A stretch of 64,000 nt of DNA. Origin: a virus. The position numbers were made by a program, and so were the translations under genes. The notes beneath the pieces are model-generated. The model did not search any database and was not told where the DNA came from. It saw only the letters and a program-made list of their open reading frames with translations. Within the stretch, counting starts at the first letter, position 1; every line of letters begins with the position of its first letter. Below, one piece after another: positions 1-9,688 of this stretch. The DNA lies in IMG/VR virus record IMGVR_UViG_3300009079_000013; one strand, written 5' to 3'.

Positions 1-2
1 TT

Positions 3-719
3 GCAGCAGAATTAATATGGTATTTTCTAGGAAGAAATGATGTAGATTTTATAAGCAAATACGCTAAATTTTGGAAAACTATACAAAATAAGGATGGCAC
101 TGTAAATTCTGCTTACGGAAACCTAATATTTAAAGAAGAAAATAACCATATGTATACCGAGTATACATGGGCCCTTAAATCTTTACAAGAAGATATGAAT
201 TCTAGGCAAGCCGTTATGCACTTTAACAAACCTAGTCATCAATGGGATGGAAATAAAGATTTTGTATGTACTATGTATGCTAGTTTCCTAATAAGAAACA
301 ATAAACTTAGAATGTCTGTTAAAATGAGAAGTAATGACGTAATGTTAGGAATGCCAACTGACATTGCATTTTTTACTACTTTACAACAACAAATGTTAAA
401 CCATTTACGAAAAACATCGTATCCAGATCTTGAAATAGGAACATATTCTCATGTAGTAGATTCTATGCACATATATAAGCGAGATTTTGAAAAAGCGCTA
501 GACATGTTGCATTATTCTTTTGAAAACGTACAAATGCCAGTATTGGATAATGATTTAATAGATACAAATGGTTTACCAACCGATGTTCTTAAAAAACTAG
601 AGCTTTTACATGAATTTAATGATTTAGAAGATCATTATACTCCAAATGAATTAGATGGAAAAATAATCGATTGGATATATGTAAACTTGACTGGAATAAA
701 AACAGCTAAACTATATTAA
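3..719 (+). CDS. Thymidylate-synthase-family enzyme, dCMP hydroxymethylase-like (5'-truncated by window edge)
   Basis: Frame open from nt 3 (AAELIWYFLGRND...NSAYG). Motifs SRQA, KDFVCT (catalytic Cys), MRSNDVMLGMPTD, SMHIY. Asp at the position that is Asn in ThyA, as in T4 gp42. Confidence 0.8.
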   Translation, partial: AAELIWYFLGRNDVDFISKYAKFWKTIQNKDGTVNSAYGNLIFKEENNHMYTEYTWALKSLQEDMNSRQAVMHFNKPSHQWDGNKDFVCTMYASFLIRNNKLRMSVKMRSNDVMLGMPTDIAFFTTLQQQMLNHLRKTSYPDLEIGTYSHVVDSMHIYKRDFEKALDMLHYSFENVQMPVLDNDLIDTNGLPTDVLKKLELLHEFNDLEDHYTPNELDGKIIDWIYVNLTGIKTAKLY

Positions 720-923
720 ATGAAAAACAGAATTATTAGTATCTCAAAAAATATATTAGGTATGTTAGTTTTATGGTTCATCACGTCTCTAATAGGATAT
801 GGTACATATTACGTAACATTTGATGAAAAAATACTTAGTTATGGTAATTTCTTAGGAATATATGCTATTCTTTTACAGATAGTTATTATAATTATGGTAA
901 GCATGAAGAACGATGACAAATAA
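720..923 (+). CDS. Small membrane protein (2 TM)
   Basis: Two hydrophobic segments; tightly packed in operon. Confidence 0.6.
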   Translation: MKNRIISISKNILGMLVLWFITSLIGYGTYYVTFDEKILSYGNFLGIYAILLQIVIIIMVSMKNDDK

Positions 924-1335
924 AGAAAAACAATACCATATAACATACTTGAAAATGGCGTTGGTTTGGTCAACTCTATCTAAAAGTAAGCGTAAAAAAG
1001 TTGGCGCTTTGGTTGTTAAAGGAAATACTATCATATCCGATGGATTCAATGGAACTCCTACGGGTTTTCCAAATGATTGTGAAGATATTGATGGAAATAC
1101 TCATTGGTATGTTTTACATGCAGAAGCAAATGCCATTTTAAAAACAGCAAGGTCTACTCAGGACATAAGCGGATCTACTTTATACGTAACCCTATCTCCA
1201 TGTAGAGATTGTTCTAAGTTAATAATACAATCAGGTATTAAAAGAGTGATATACATAGAAGATTATAGGGATTTAGATGGAATTAAAATACTTAAATCAT
1301 CAGGTGTTGATGTACTAAAAATAAGCGATTTATAG
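913..1335 (+). CDS. dCMP deaminase
   Basis: KVGA, GFNG, HAEANAI and TLSPCRDC zinc motifs. Confidence 0.92.
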   Translation: MTNKEKQYHITYLKMALVWSTLSKSKRKKVGALVVKGNTIISDGFNGTPTGFPNDCEDIDGNTHWYVLHAEANAILKTARSTQDISGSTLYVTLSPCRDCSKLIIQSGIKRVIYIEDYRDLDGIKILKSSGVDVLKISDL

Positions 1336-1337
1336 AA

Positions 1338-1739
1338 ATGGAAAACACAAGAACGTTAGATGTAGTATTTATAAGAGAGTTTAAGTTTTTTATAAAAAAG
1401 TACAATAAAAAACAAAAAGAAGATTATCTTTTAAATGTAAATAAAATCATAAAAGATAAATTTAATACTAAGTTCTTAGTTCCAAATCCCGTTCAATCTT
1501 TTTTACTAAACTATGAAATAAAAAAGTTATTAGATAAAGCTATTAATATCAAGAACCAAAAATATAATAGGATAGTGTTCTTAAATTCTACTATAACATT
1601 TGGAGGAATTCAAAATACTATTGAATTTTTAGATAAAGAATACTTGAATGTTAAATTTAATTACATAATGATAGATCCTAAAAAAGATTTTGATGAAAGC
1701 TTGTTTGATAAATCTAAATTAACATTTTTAAGTTACTGA
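1338..1739 (+). CDS. Hypothetical protein
   Basis: ORF contiguous with upstream operon. Confidence 0.55.
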   Translation: MENTRTLDVVFIREFKFFIKKYNKKQKEDYLLNVNKIIKDKFNTKFLVPNPVQSFLLNYEIKKLLDKAINIKNQKYNRIVFLNSTITFGGIQNTIEFLDKEYLNVKFNYIMIDPKKDFDESLFDKSKLTFLSY

Positions 1740-2683
1740 CCGCATCCAGGACCTTCACTATAACAATCAGGACCTTCTCCGTATTTTGCTATTATTTCTC
1801 CTAAATCTTCCATTTTATTCTTTGGATTAGGGTTGTTTCTTCTTCTTGGCGGATTTTCTGGACCTTCTTCTACATCTGGAATAACTTCTATTTCTTCTTC
1901 TGTATCTGGTTCAGCTGTTTCTAAGTCTCCAATTACGTCAATTGCTAATATAGCTTCTGCCTGTTCTCTGGATATTCCCATATAATCCATTAAGTCTTGA
2001 ACTGCTCCTTCTAATGACATATCATTTTTAGGATTAGGATTAATTCTTCTTCTCGGTGGATTTTCTGGACCTTCTCCGGGAATAACTTCTGGTTCTTCTG
2101 TTTCTATTTCAGGCTCTTCTGTTTCTGGATATGCCATATCAAAGTAATTCTCTGATATTGAATTAAACTCCTTAAAGCTATTACATTTACCTTCAGACAT
2201 TGCTTCTTTTCTAGCTTTTTGTAATTTTTCTAAAGCTGCGTTTTCTTCTTTAATTACTTTCTCAACATTACTATTAATGTCTACTGATTTTTTAATAGAT
2301 CCTTCTAAATCTTTAGATTCCGATATAAACTCATTAAAACTAGGTAAAGTTGATTCATTAGTGTCATCCCATTCTCCTACTTCAACTGTTGCTACGCCAG
2401 TTATATATGGATCAGGATATGTAACCGGTTTCTCTCCTTCTTGTTTATATACAAGGTCATGACTCATAGCTTTATATGTAGAGTTATAATGAGGATTCTT
2501 AAAAAGAGGATCCCTTTTTACAACTCTTCTGTAATCTTTAAGTTTATCCGATTCAGATGTTTTTTTACCATTAGCATTTTTATCATATATTAATGAATCG
2601 TTTCCACCAAATCCTGGTTTTTTAAGATCCATATATTGATCAAAATTATAAACATCTCTTCTATGTACGTCAAATATATCCAT
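1733..2683 (-). CDS. Acidic hypothetical (probable virion/head) protein with duplicated GPENPPRRRxNPNPKN motif
   Basis: Downstream of tail tube gene; contains SFNEFISE and SFKEFNSISE motifs. Confidence 0.6.
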   Translation of the reverse strand: MDIFDVHRRDVYNFDQYMDLKKPGFGGNDSLIYDKNANGKKTSESDKLKDYRRVVKRDPLFKNPHYNSTYKAMSHDLVYKQEGEKPVTYPDPYITGVATVEVGEWDDTNESTLPSFNEFISESKDLEGSIKKSVDINSNVEKVIKEENAALEKLQKARKEAMSEGKCNSFKEFNSISENYFDMAYPETEEPEIETEEPEVIPGEGPENPPRRRINPNPKNDMSLEGAVQDLMDYMGISREQAEAILAIDVIGDLETAEPDTEEEIEVIPDVEEGPENPPRRRNNPNPKNKMEDLGEIIAKYGEGPDCYSEGPGCGQ

Positions 2684-2701
2684 TTTTAATAATAAGTTTT
2701 T

Positions 2702-3274
2702 CTATACTGTAATTGCTCCTATTCTAGATTCTCTAAAAGAATCGCATTGGAAATTAGCACTTAATTTATACAAGCCGTCTGATTTGTATTCTAAATCCAT
2801 TACAGTAAGTGGATTGTACAAAAACGCTGGGCTAAAATTAAATTCTCTAAATATTTCTTGAGCTTTATTAAAGATAACCACTTTAATAGATCCAATATAA
2901 TCTTTTTTAAGTCCTTGTCTTCCATTAAGAGGATCAAATGTTAAATCTCCCCATGCTCTCATCATGTTATATACATACGCATCATTCTCATCGTTCAAAT
3001 TGACTTCAAAATCAATTTTAAGTTGTGCATCCGTTGCTTTAGGTTGACCTGCTGCAAACGTACGTTTAGCGAATTTATAGAACTGCTCTACGGTACCAAC
3101 ACCTGTTAGTTCAGGAAGTCCTGTTATTTTAGTAACATGTTCAACTAGTAATCCATCATTAGTTCCTTGTATAGAACTTGGTAAGTTAATGATTACTTCG
3201 AACTGATTTAAAAATATAGGTTCGTAATAATTAGTAGCTGCTGTGGAATTATCAAAATGTGGTAAGCCTGCCAT
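2702..3274 (-). CDS. gp19: Tail tube protein (T4 gp19-like)
   Basis: Size ~190 aa; NQFEV, GLPEL, 'MRAWGDLTFDPLNGRQGLKKDY' pattern typical of myovirus tube proteins. Confidence 0.8.
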   Translation of the reverse strand: MAGLPHFDNSTAATNYYEPIFLNQFEVIINLPSSIQGTNDGLLVEHVTKITGLPELTGVGTVEQFYKFAKRTFAAGQPKATDAQLKIDFEVNLNDENDAYVYNMMRAWGDLTFDPLNGRQGLKKDYIGSIKVVIFNKAQEIFREFNFSPAFLYNPLTVMDLEYKSDGLYKLSANFQCDSFRESRIGAITV

Positions 3275-3309
3275 AATTGTGTAAATTATTTTATTTTATT
3301 TATCTTTTT

Positions 3310-4128
3310 TTACTCAAGGTTTTTTTTCATTTCAATAGTGTCCTTGTCAATTTTACCATTGGATGTTAGTTTATCTAATTGCGAAGTTAACAGCTCTTGA
3401 GAAGCGTCTTCGTCACCTGACCATATTTTTTGAGTTTCAACAGCATCACCTGTGAATTTTAATATTAAAGACGGTAGAACCAATTCAACAAGTGAATTTT
3501 CTACTTTTTTATCTACTCTATCATATTCCTTGATATTAGATATATTAATAGGAGTAGAACTGTCTATCTTAATATTTGCACCATTACCTGAAACGTTTAA
3601 TCTAACGTTATTCCAGTTATTTACAGTTTGATTTTCTAAAGTATCTACCATGTGAGTAGAAGCTTTTAGTACTATTTTAGGACTTCCTGAATCTAAAGAA
3701 GATGCAACTCCTCTAAAAACAAGCCTATTAGTCGTTATATTGACTTTAAATGAAGTTTTTTCAAAATACTTTTCAGTAGATTCTTTTATGATAGTATCAG
3801 TTATATTTTGATCTATACCAGATGACATAGAAGATATTTCCAAATCATAATCCTTAACTAATTGTTTTTTAATAAATTCAGTTAATAGATCTAGCTTTTG
3901 TTTTAATAAAACAGCTTCACTTAATATGTAGTATGTTGAAGTAGCAGTTGCTTTTTTAAAATTCAGATCTGGAAATACGTCAATTTCATGTATTTTAGTA
4001 TCGACTGTGTATTGTTCAAATTTTGTTATACCGTCTACTATATTCCAAGATATATCATGGCTTAGTATAACCTGAAAGATCACGCCTCCGTCTTTAGCAC
4101 TTACATTTTCATACTCGTAAACTTTCAT
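3310..4128 (-). CDS. Hypothetical protein
   Basis: Long ORF in late-gene cluster. Confidence 0.6.
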   Translation of the reverse strand: MKVYEYENVSAKDGGVIFQVILSHDISWNIVDGITKFEQYTVDTKIHEIDVFPDLNFKKATATSTYYILSEAVLLKQKLDLLTEFIKKQLVKDYDLEISSMSSGIDQNITDTIIKESTEKYFEKTSFKVNITTNRLVFRGVASSLDSGSPKIVLKASTHMVDTLENQTVNNWNNVRLNVSGNGANIKIDSSTPINISNIKEYDRVDKKVENSLVELVLPSLILKFTGDAVETQKIWSGDEDASQELLTSQLDKLTSNGKIDKDTIEMKKNLE

Positions 4129-4139
4129 TAATGGTTAAA

Positions 4140-4397
4140 TTATTTAGCTAAACTATCTCGTGTTTTAGTATAGTTTTTCCAAAGCTCATTATAGATATCA
4201 CATGATGCTCCTAAGAAATTTATAATACCTACGTATTTTCTTTTATTCTTACCATCCATCTTAGCTATTTTCTTTCCTAGTTTTTTCGCATCATTAGTGG
4301 TTAGTTCCTCATCTGGATCTTTACCTACTAGTTTTTTAAGTGCGCCTTTCTTCTCAAGAATTGCAAAGTCTTTAAAACTTAAAGCTCTTTTATTCAT
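4140..4397 (-). CDS. Small basic protein with capsid-targeting-like N-terminus
   Basis: LSFKDFAILE motif, Lys-rich. Confidence 0.55.
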   Translation of the reverse strand: MNKRALSFKDFAILEKKGALKKLVGKDPDEELTTNDAKKLGKKIAKMDGKNKRKYVGIINFLGASCDIYNELWKNYTKTRDSLAK

Positions 4398-4407
4398 GGT
4401 AAATGTA

Positions 4408-4641
4408 TTATTTTTTCTTTCCGTTCCCTACTACTTTCTTACTTTTAGCTTTAGCTAAAAACGCTTTAGTATATCTCTGAATAGAGTCTGTTCCTTTTCC
4501 TTCAAGTTTAGCTAAATCTTGACCTACTTTAATTCCACCTTCATCTTTTTGAGCAGTGTTACCTTTAGTGGCGTATTTAGCAGAAGCAGCGTTAGCTGCA
4601 GCCATGAATTGAGCGTGGTTCATTACAACATTCTTCTTCAT
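4408..4641 (-). CDS. Small basic Ala/Lys-rich protein
   Basis: ORF preceded by late-promoter-like GATAAATAA. Confidence 0.55.
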   Translation of the reverse strand: MKKNVVMNHAQFMAAANAASAKYATKGNTAQKDEGGIKVGQDLAKLEGKGTDSIQRYTKAFLAKAKSKKVVGNGKKK

Positions 4642-4781
4642 CTTAGTGTATATTATTTTTAGTTATTTATCTATAAAACAACTGGTCTTTTTATAGACGG
4701 ATTGGATTATATACGTTATTTATTTAGTATTATATACCTATAATATAAAAACCAATCGTATTTTATTAGTAAAAAAAAAAT

Positions 4782-6653
4782 ATGAAGAAAAAAGAATTAG
4801 CTACTAAGTATCAGAAATTAACTGATATAGAGCATGTATTACATAGGCCTTATATGTATGTAGGGTCTACTAAGGCTCATACAGGAGATCAACATTTGTT
4901 CGATGGAGTAAATGTTGAACTTAAAGAAGTTGTATATAATCCAGGCTTTATTAAATTATTTGATGAAATATTATCTAATTCAATAGATGAACATAGAAGA
5001 AATAATACAATAAATGAAATAAAAGTAACCTTCGACTTAGATAATAGTAGCATTTCTGTTTGGGATAATGGTGGAATACCGGTAAAAAAACACCCTGAGC
5101 ATAAAGAATGGATACCAGAAATGATATTTTCAAATCTTAAAGCCGGTAGTAATTTTGACGATACCCAAGATAGAAATGTAGCAGGTACAAATGGCGTAGG
5201 TTCTACGTTAACTAATATATTCAGTACTAAATTTGTCATAACTACATGTGATGGCACTGATAAGTTTCAACAAGTATTTAAAAATAATATGAATACTAGA
5301 AGCAAACCTAAGATAACTAAAGCGTCTAGGGGTTTTACTGAAATTACGTATTATCCAGAGCTTTCTAGATTTAACATGGGTTCTATAGATGAAAATACTC
5401 ATCAAATACTGTATAAGAGGTGTTTAGACGCTGCTGCGTGCAATCAAAAACTAAAAATAAAAGTAACTACTTTAAAAGATGGAAGTAAATTCACGAATGA
5501 TCTAAGGTTTAAAAAATTCGAAGACTACATTCAGTTATATGTTAAAGATGCAGAGTATTTTTATGAAGAATCTGAAAACTGGAAGATAGGCTTTGCAAAA
5601 TCTAAAGATGGCTTTAATAATGTGAGTTTTGTTAACTCAGTTCACACAAAAGACGGTGGAAATCACGTAGATTATATATCAGATCAATTAATATCTTATT
5701 TACGTGAAATGATTCACAAAAAATATAAAGTTGCAGTTAAACCTAATGATATTAGGAACCATTTATATGTATTTATAGATAGTACTATCATTAATCCAGC
5801 TTTTTCATCACAAACCAAAGAAAAACTAATAACTGAAAAGAAATACTTTAAAACTTCACATGAAGTAAGTGAAAAAATAGCAAAACAGGTTTTTAAATCA
5901 GAAATAATACAATCCGTTTTAGATTGGGTAGAAAGAAAAAAATTAGCAGAAGAAAGGGCTGAGCTTAGAAAACTAAATAAAAACCTAAGTAGCTCTAAGG
6001 TTTTAAAACTAATAGATGCTAAGAAAAAAGGCAATAGAAACAGTTGTATATTAGGTATATATGAAGGATTATCTGCACTCAGCGCCGTTAGGAAATTTAG
6101 AGACTCTCAAACAATAGGAGCTTTTCCACTTAAAGGAAAATTTTTAAATGTTAGTGAATTGCCTAACTCAAAAGTAATTCAAAACGATGAGGTTAAAGAT
6201 TTAATGGCTGCATTGGGTTTAAAACTAGGAGAGGAGCCCACTGCTCTTAGATATGGTAAAATATACATATATACCGATGCAGATCCTGATGGAGATTCTA
6301 TAGCTTCTCTTTTGATAAATTTCTTTAATAAATATTGGCCAGAATTGTTTGAAAAAGGAGTTATTCATAAAGTAATGACACCTATTGTAGTTGCAAAAAG
6401 AGCAAATAAGGTTTTAGAATTCTACTCAGATGAAGAGTATAAAAAATGGTCAACTAAAGAAAAATCGTTAGGTAAATGGAATATAGAATACAAAAAAGGT
6501 TTAGCATCACTAGAAGATACTGAATATGAAGAGATAATAAAGAATCCAAGGGTTATTAAAATAATAAACGATAAAAACTACAAAGAAAGTCTAGATACTT
6601 GGTTTGGAAAAGATTCAAGTCCTAGAAAAGTTAAAATTTTAAATATAAATTAA
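4782..6653 (+). CDS. gp39: DNA topoisomerase II large subunit (ATPase+TOPRIM; T4 gp39+gp60 fused)
   Basis: EHVLHRPYMYVGS, FDEILSNSID, GTNGVGS, EGLSA, PLKGK, TDADPDG, YKKGL. Confidence 0.95.
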   Translation: MKKKELATKYQKLTDIEHVLHRPYMYVGSTKAHTGDQHLFDGVNVELKEVVYNPGFIKLFDEILSNSIDEHRRNNTINEIKVTFDLDNSSISVWDNGGIPVKKHPEHKEWIPEMIFSNLKAGSNFDDTQDRNVAGTNGVGSTLTNIFSTKFVITTCDGTDKFQQVFKNNMNTRSKPKITKASRGFTEITYYPELSRFNMGSIDENTHQILYKRCLDAAACNQKLKIKVTTLKDGSKFTNDLRFKKFEDYIQLYVKDAEYFYEESENWKIGFAKSKDGFNNVSFVNSVHTKDGGNHVDYISDQLISYLREMIHKKYKVAVKPNDIRNHLYVFIDSTIINPAFSSQTKEKLITEKKYFKTSHEVSEKIAKQVFKSEIIQSVLDWVERKKLAEERAELRKLNKNLSSSKVLKLIDAKKKGNRNSCILGIYEGLSALSAVRKFRDSQTIGAFPLKGKFLNVSELPNSKVIQNDEVKDLMAALGLKLGEEPTALRYGKIYIYTDADPDGDSIASLLINFFNKYWPELFEKGVIHKVMTPIVVAKRANKVLEFYSDEEYKKWSTKEKSLGKWNIEYKKGLASLEDTEYEEIIKNPRVIKIINDKNYKESLDTWFGKDSSPRKVKILNIN

Positions 6654-6654
6654 T

Positions 6655-6822
6655 ATGAATAAACAAGAAAAAAAACAAGATTTTAAGGAAATAGTGGAAT
6701 TATTAATATGGTCCTATAAACAAGGGTATATGCACGCTGGAGCCGTTTTAAAAGACACTATTCCCGATGATAAAAAATTAGCAGAAATGTTTGAAAAAGC
6801 ATTGGCGGAAAAAGAAAAATAA
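6655..6822 (+). CDS. Small hypothetical protein (55 aa, not in ORF track)
   Basis: MNKQEKKQDFKEIVELLIWSYKQGYMHAG...; fills gap and overlaps the next ATG via TAATG. Confidence 0.6.
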   Translation: MNKQEKKQDFKEIVELLIWSYKQGYMHAGAVLKDTIPDDKKLAEMFEKALAEKEK

Positions 6823-8171
6823 TGGAAAAAACAGTAACTGAATACTTAGATCAAGATTACGGAAATTATGCAAAGTATGTAATTGAGCATAGGGCTATTC
6901 CATCTGTTATAGATGGATTTAAACCAACTCAACGTAAAGTCATACATATAGCTTCCAAAGTATGGAAGGGTTCTAATAATAAACCTTTAAAGATATTTCA
7001 ATTAGGTGGAAAAGTTGCTTCTGATGCAAATTATCATCATGGAGATGCTTCTCTTTCATCTGCTATAGTTGGAATGGCACAGAGTTTTAAAAATTCAATG
7101 CCTCTATTAGATGAAATAGGGCAGTTTGGATCACTGAGGTCACCTGAAGCAGGTGCTCCTAGGTATATTTCAACTAAACTAAATGAAAACTTTAAATTAT
7201 TATATAAAGACTTTGAATTACTTGATTCTAGATACGAAGAAGGAATAGAAATAGAACCAAGTTTTTTTTTACCTATAATTCCAACAGTTTTATTGAATGG
7301 AGGATCCGGAATAGCAGTCGGTTTTGCTACAAATATATTAAATAGAAATCCAATAGATCTTATAGATTCATGCATAAAAGAATTGTCTAATAAAAAATAT
7401 ACTGAGCCTAAACCATGGTATAGGGGTTTTACAGGAAGCTGTGAAAGAGATGAAATTAATTCTTCTACTTGGATATTAAAAGGTACTTATGAGATTAAAA
7501 ACACGTCTACTGTACATATATCTGAACTTCCTCCTTCGGTTACTTATGAAAAATACGACAAATATTTAATAAGTAAGGAAGAATCTAAAGAAATATCTAC
7601 ATATGACGATAATTCAAAGTCTAATATAAACTATACTTTAAAGTTCAAAAGAGCAGATCTAGATAAATTAGTTAAAACTAAAAGGTTAAATAGATTCTTA
7701 AAAATAGAAGAGAGACAGTCTGAGAATTTAACAATGTTAGATGAAAATGGTAAACTTAAGATTTTCGATAATGTAAAAGATATTATTAAATATTTTATAA
7801 ATTTTAGATTAAGTTATTATGACAAAAGAAAGGATTATTTAATAAAAACACTAAAAGAACAACTAACAGTTCTTTCAAATAAAGCAAGATTTATAAAAGA
7901 CATTATTGATGGTAAACTTATTGTAAACAATGCTCCTAAAAAATCCATTATAATTTATTTAGAAGCAAATAATTTTGATAAGACTGATGGTTTTTATAAT
8001 TATCTATTATCTATGCAAATATACACACTTACTAAAGAAAAGTATGAAGAACTTCTTTCTCAAGAAATAGAATTAGAAAAAGAGCTAGATATAGTTAAAT
8101 CTACACTACCTATTGATATGTATAAAAAAGATTTAGGTGACTTAAAAAAAGTAATAATAAAAAACCAATAG
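6822..8171 (+). CDS. gp52: DNA topoisomerase II medium subunit (GyrA/ParC-like, T4 gp52)
   Basis: RAIPSVIDGFKPTQRK, YHHGD, GAPRYI catalytic Tyr, GIAVGFAT. Confidence 0.95.
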   Translation: MEKTVTEYLDQDYGNYAKYVIEHRAIPSVIDGFKPTQRKVIHIASKVWKGSNNKPLKIFQLGGKVASDANYHHGDASLSSAIVGMAQSFKNSMPLLDEIGQFGSLRSPEAGAPRYISTKLNENFKLLYKDFELLDSRYEEGIEIEPSFFLPIIPTVLLNGGSGIAVGFATNILNRNPIDLIDSCIKELSNKKYTEPKPWYRGFTGSCERDEINSSTWILKGTYEIKNTSTVHISELPPSVTYEKYDKYLISKEESKEISTYDDNSKSNINYTLKFKRADLDKLVKTKRLNRFLKIEERQSENLTMLDENGKLKIFDNVKDIIKYFINFRLSYYDKRKDYLIKTLKEQLTVLSNKARFIKDIIDGKLIVNNAPKKSIIIYLEANNFDKTDGFYNYLLSMQIYTLTKEKYEELLSQEIELEKELDIVKSTLPIDMYKKDLGDLKKVIIKNQ

Positions 8172-8175
8172 TAAC

Positions 8176-8322
8176 ATGAAAGAGTTTGGAAAAATGAAAA
8201 TATCAGAAGCAATGCCATATTTAAAATCAGTAGCTAAAGTTTACAATTTAAAATTGAATAAGCTTAACGAATTCAAAATGGCAAAGACTATATTAGCCAA
8301 TTTATATTGTAATAACTTTTAA
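8176..8322 (+). CDS. Small hypothetical protein (48 aa, not in ORF track)
   Basis: MKEFGKMKISEAMPYLKSVAKVYNLKLN... fills intergenic gap. Confidence 0.5.
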   Translation: MKEFGKMKISEAMPYLKSVAKVYNLKLNKLNEFKMAKTILANLYCNNF

Positions 8323-8330
8323 TTAAAATT

Positions 8331-8340
8331 TTAGTATAAT
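8331..8340 (+). promoter_or_regulatory. TTAGTATAAT promoter-like motif
   Basis: Identical decamer also at 10519, 57411 and 58488, always just upstream of + strand genes. Confidence 0.5.
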
Positions 8341-8346
8341 AATTGC

Positions 8347-8739
8347 ATGAAAGAATTATTTTTACTTAGAGGTATTCCTGGATCTGGAAAATCAACAGTT
8401 GCTAGATCTATCGGAGGAACACACTTAGAATCCGATATGTATTTTATAGATTCAATCACCGGAGATTATACTTTTAATCCAAATAAATTAAAAGAGGCAC
8501 ATGAATGGTGTCAAGGATCGGTATTATCCTTTATGATTGCAGGAGAATCCAAAATAGTTGTTTCAAATACGTTTACTCAAGAGTGGGAAATGAATCCATA
8601 CTATAAAATAGCAAAAGATAATAACTACATTGTGCATTCGTTAGTAGTTGAGAATAGACATAATGGAGTAGACACACATAATGTCCCAAAAGAAGTGCTA
8701 TATAACATGCAAGAAAGATTTGAAATAAAATTAAAATAA
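8347..8739 (+). CDS. P-loop kinase (AAA_33 / polynucleotide-kinase-like)
   Basis: LLRGIPGSGKST Walker A; VVSNTF; HNVP. Confidence 0.8.
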   Translation: MKELFLLRGIPGSGKSTVARSIGGTHLESDMYFIDSITGDYTFNPNKLKEAHEWCQGSVLSFMIAGESKIVVSNTFTQEWEMNPYYKIAKDNNYIVHSLVVENRHNGVDTHNVPKEVLYNMQERFEIKLK

Positions 8740-8740
8740 T

Positions 8741-9154
8741 ATGAAAATAGGCATTACATGTTCAACATTTGACCTTTTACATGCAGGTCATATTAAAATG
8801 CTAGAGGAAGCTAGAAGTCAATGCGACTATTTGATATGTGCACTTCAAACTGATCCAACAATTGACAGGCCTGATACTAAAAATAAGCCTATACAATCTT
8901 TAGTTGAAAGATTTATTCAATTAGAAGGTTGTGTTTATGTAGATAAAATTTTACCTTATCAAACTGAAAAAGATCTAATTGATATCTTTAGTTCATTTGA
9001 ACTTAATGTAAGGATTATAGGTGGCGAATATTTCGGTAAGGAATTTACTGCAAAAGATATTTGTAAAAAAAGAAATATAAATATATATTATAATAAAAGA
9101 GACCACGGTTTTTCTACCACTGAATTAAGAAAAAGAATTAAAAATAATCCCTAG
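8741..9154 (+). CDS. Cytidylyltransferase (TagD / glycerol-3-phosphate CT-like)
   Basis: STFDLLHAGH (HxGH) and RDHGFSTTELR motifs. Confidence 0.85.
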   Translation: MKIGITCSTFDLLHAGHIKMLEEARSQCDYLICALQTDPTIDRPDTKNKPIQSLVERFIQLEGCVYVDKILPYQTEKDLIDIFSSFELNVRIIGGEYFGKEFTAKDICKKRNINIYYNKRDHGFSTTELRKRIKNNP

Positions 9155-9157
9155 TTA

Positions 9158-9334
9158 ATGCTAGATGAAAACCAAGTCGCTAAAGAAAAAATGCTTTTAG
9201 CAAAATTATATGAATGTCAAGACCTAATGGAACATCTATTAAATGAAGGCACCGCAGATAAACACTACTTTCTTATTGAAATACTTATAAAGCGTTTAGA
9301 ACTACACCTACAACATAATCATGATTTAATGTAA
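9158..9334 (+). CDS. Small hypothetical protein (58 aa, not in ORF track)
   Basis: MLDENQVAKEKMLLAKLYECQ... fills gap between operon genes. Confidence 0.5.
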   Translation: MLDENQVAKEKMLLAKLYECQDLMEHLLNEGTADKHYFLIEILIKRLELHLQHNHDLM

Positions 9335-9336
9335 AT

Positions 9337-9687
9337 ATGAATAATATCACATCTCTACTTTACGGTATATTTTTCTTTGTACTCGGTCATATAGCTGTTT
9401 TTATACAAATAAACGGTCAATTCAAATGGAGTTGGTTTCAAAAAAATGAATTGATATTAGCTTTATTTGGTGTTCCTATTTCGTTTCTTTATATATGGGG
9501 AACTAAGCACACAGTGACTGCAATGGATGGAGTACTATGGCCAACTAGATTCATTGGATTTGGAATAGGTATGGTAGTTTATGCGATAATGGTAAATTAC
9601 TTTTTTAATGAAGCATTCACTTTAAAAATATTCGTATCGCTATTATTGTCAATAGCTCTTATTTCAATTAATGTTTTTTGGAAGTAG
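9337..9687 (+). CDS. Four-TM membrane protein
   Basis: Four hydrophobic helices. Confidence 0.65.
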   Translation: MNNITSLLYGIFFFVLGHIAVFIQINGQFKWSWFQKNELILALFGVPISFLYIWGTKHTVTAMDGVLWPTRFIGFGIGMVVYAIMVNYFFNEAFTLKIFVSLLLSIALISINVFWK

Positions 9688-9688
9688 T

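Noticed and set aside
4782-6653. T4 gene 60-type ribosomal bypass or split large topoisomerase subunit
   Set aside because: ATPase and TOPRIM motifs lie in one continuous ORF.
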